Shown here piece after piece: positions 62,673 to 64,000 of a stretch of 64,000 nt of DNA (position 1 is the first letter of the stretch; every line of letters begins with the position of its first letter). A program made the translations under genes and the position numbers. Source of the stretch: Octopus sinensis (lineage: Eukaryota). The stretch covers positions 9,548,001-9,612,000 of the forward strand of contig NC_043002.1 in assembly GCF_006345805.1 (NCBI RefSeq), in the 5' to 3' direction. Under the pieces are notes generated by a model, which made no database searches, was not told where the DNA came from, and was given only the letters and a program-made list of their open reading frames with translations.

Positions 62673-63417
62673 TAGATGATATTGTCAGAATGGAGTAACT
62701 TGTTGCAGGTTTCTTATTGACTTTGTCAGCTGGTATACTTTTGGTGAAGACAGTCTATATCTAGCAGATTAATTTAGTGTGAGCAGTTTCTTATGATTAT
62801 AGAGGTAGAATTTATTTTCGTATCAAGACGTAGATATTAATTTGCTTTTCCTGTTCAAAATGTTTCTGGGCCTTTTTTTGTTTTCCTTAACAGCTGGAAC
62901 TTTTCCTCATGACAGGTTGCAGAACACTGTTCTTTTAATATATTTGTTACTGTAGGCTGATATAGTCAAACCTTGTGTGCTTCTTCTGCTGTAGTCGACA
63001 GAGTGATATATTCTTATAAATTTGAAGGTAGATGCATAATAATTCTTGAAAAGGGCTTCGCACATGCCTAGGCATGATTTGGTATTATTAGCATCTTGAT
63101 TATTAACTCACCATACATCCACTTCAGAATTGTATTTGAAGACTAAATTCTATTTTTCGTCTTGTTTTCCTGTTTTTGATTGTCTATCTCTTTTTTTATA
63201 TCTCTCTCTGTCAGTTTGTATATTGATGTATATGTATTGTCTTAGTTTACGTTCACTTTCCCATGCTGTCATGTGTTGGAAAGAGATTCTGAAGCAGTAT
63301 TATGTGACCATATACGCATACACAAACACACACACACGCACACACACGTGTGTGTGCGTGCATATCTATATTGTAATTCTGCTGGTTTCTTCATTCACAT
63401 GTAACGCTTTAGTTTGT

Positions 63418-63418
<1 letters not shown>

Positions 63419-63467
<49 letters not shown>

Positions 63468-63670
63468 AGGATTTGAGAGTGGGAGGGAAAAGGGGTGAGA
63501 GAGAGAAAGAGAGGGAAGTGAGTGAGATAGCAGGTAGCCTCTTCCACTAATCATTTGGTTAGTGGAAGTGACAGGTAAAGAGAAAGAGGAAAGAGAGAAA
63601 TGCTAATAACATGAAGAGGGGAATTTCATGGTTAAAAAGCTTGTAGAAGTAGAGAGAGAGAGAGAGAGAA
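63419..63670. repeat. (GA)n and purine-rich tract with internal hairpin cttccactaa...ttagtggaag (63541-63568)
   Basis: Directly visible. Confidence 0.85.
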
Positions 63671-63933
63671 ACAAATATAAAGTGTTTTGCATAGGGAAAC
63701 TTTTTAAATCATAATATCATTGAGACTAGCTGTATATTCTCTATATTGCTTTGTGTACATTAATTTGTATATAATGTAAAATGATTATAATAAAAATTTT
63801 GCATAATAAGGAATATGCAATTGTTCTTGAAAGCTTAAATAGAATTAAATATTAACAAATGACATGTGTATTAAGTATTGTAGAGATTGTTATTGTATAT
63901 TTTTCTATCATTTATTACACAAGCAACATTATC

Positions 63934-64000
63934 CTCATCATCATTTAGCATCTGCTTTCCATGCTGGCTTGGGTTAGACAGTTTGACTGGAACTGGTAAG
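63934..64000 (-). mobile_element. RTE 3' tail running off the window edge
   Basis: catcatcatttagcatctgctttccatgctggc. Confidence 0.7.

Overview
AT-rich, repeat-dense animal genomic DNA. The repeat families (two tRNA-derived SINEs, RTE-LINE 3' ends with (GAT)n tails, TTAA MITEs, non-autonomous Helitrons) look like those of an Octopus genome; this is recognition from memory, not a database result. The only convincing host coding sequence is one very large + strand exon (ATG 15409 to a GTAAG donor at 18086, about 892 codons) encoding an unidentified, largely disordered protein segment with three repeated acidic-aromatic helices. It lies in a visibly CpG-rich island. The rest looks like long introns filled with transposon debris: mariner, Tigger, hAT, piggyBac, Penelope, CR1 and RTE. 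The most notable observations are: (1) a SINE whose copies repeatedly insert at GGTAT, a sequence it also contains, giving head+(body)n multimers; (2) a candidate recursive splice site (CAG|GTAAGT) at 1080/1081; (3) a 1958-bp tandem duplication with a chimeric Helitron at its junction, carrying an internally deleted piggyBac; (4) several local templated direct and inverted duplications, including nested hairpins at 41.1-42.0 kb; (5) a Penelope remnant followed by a tRNA-like plus hammerhead-like module. Coordinates were read by eye, and ends of degenerate repeats are approximate.
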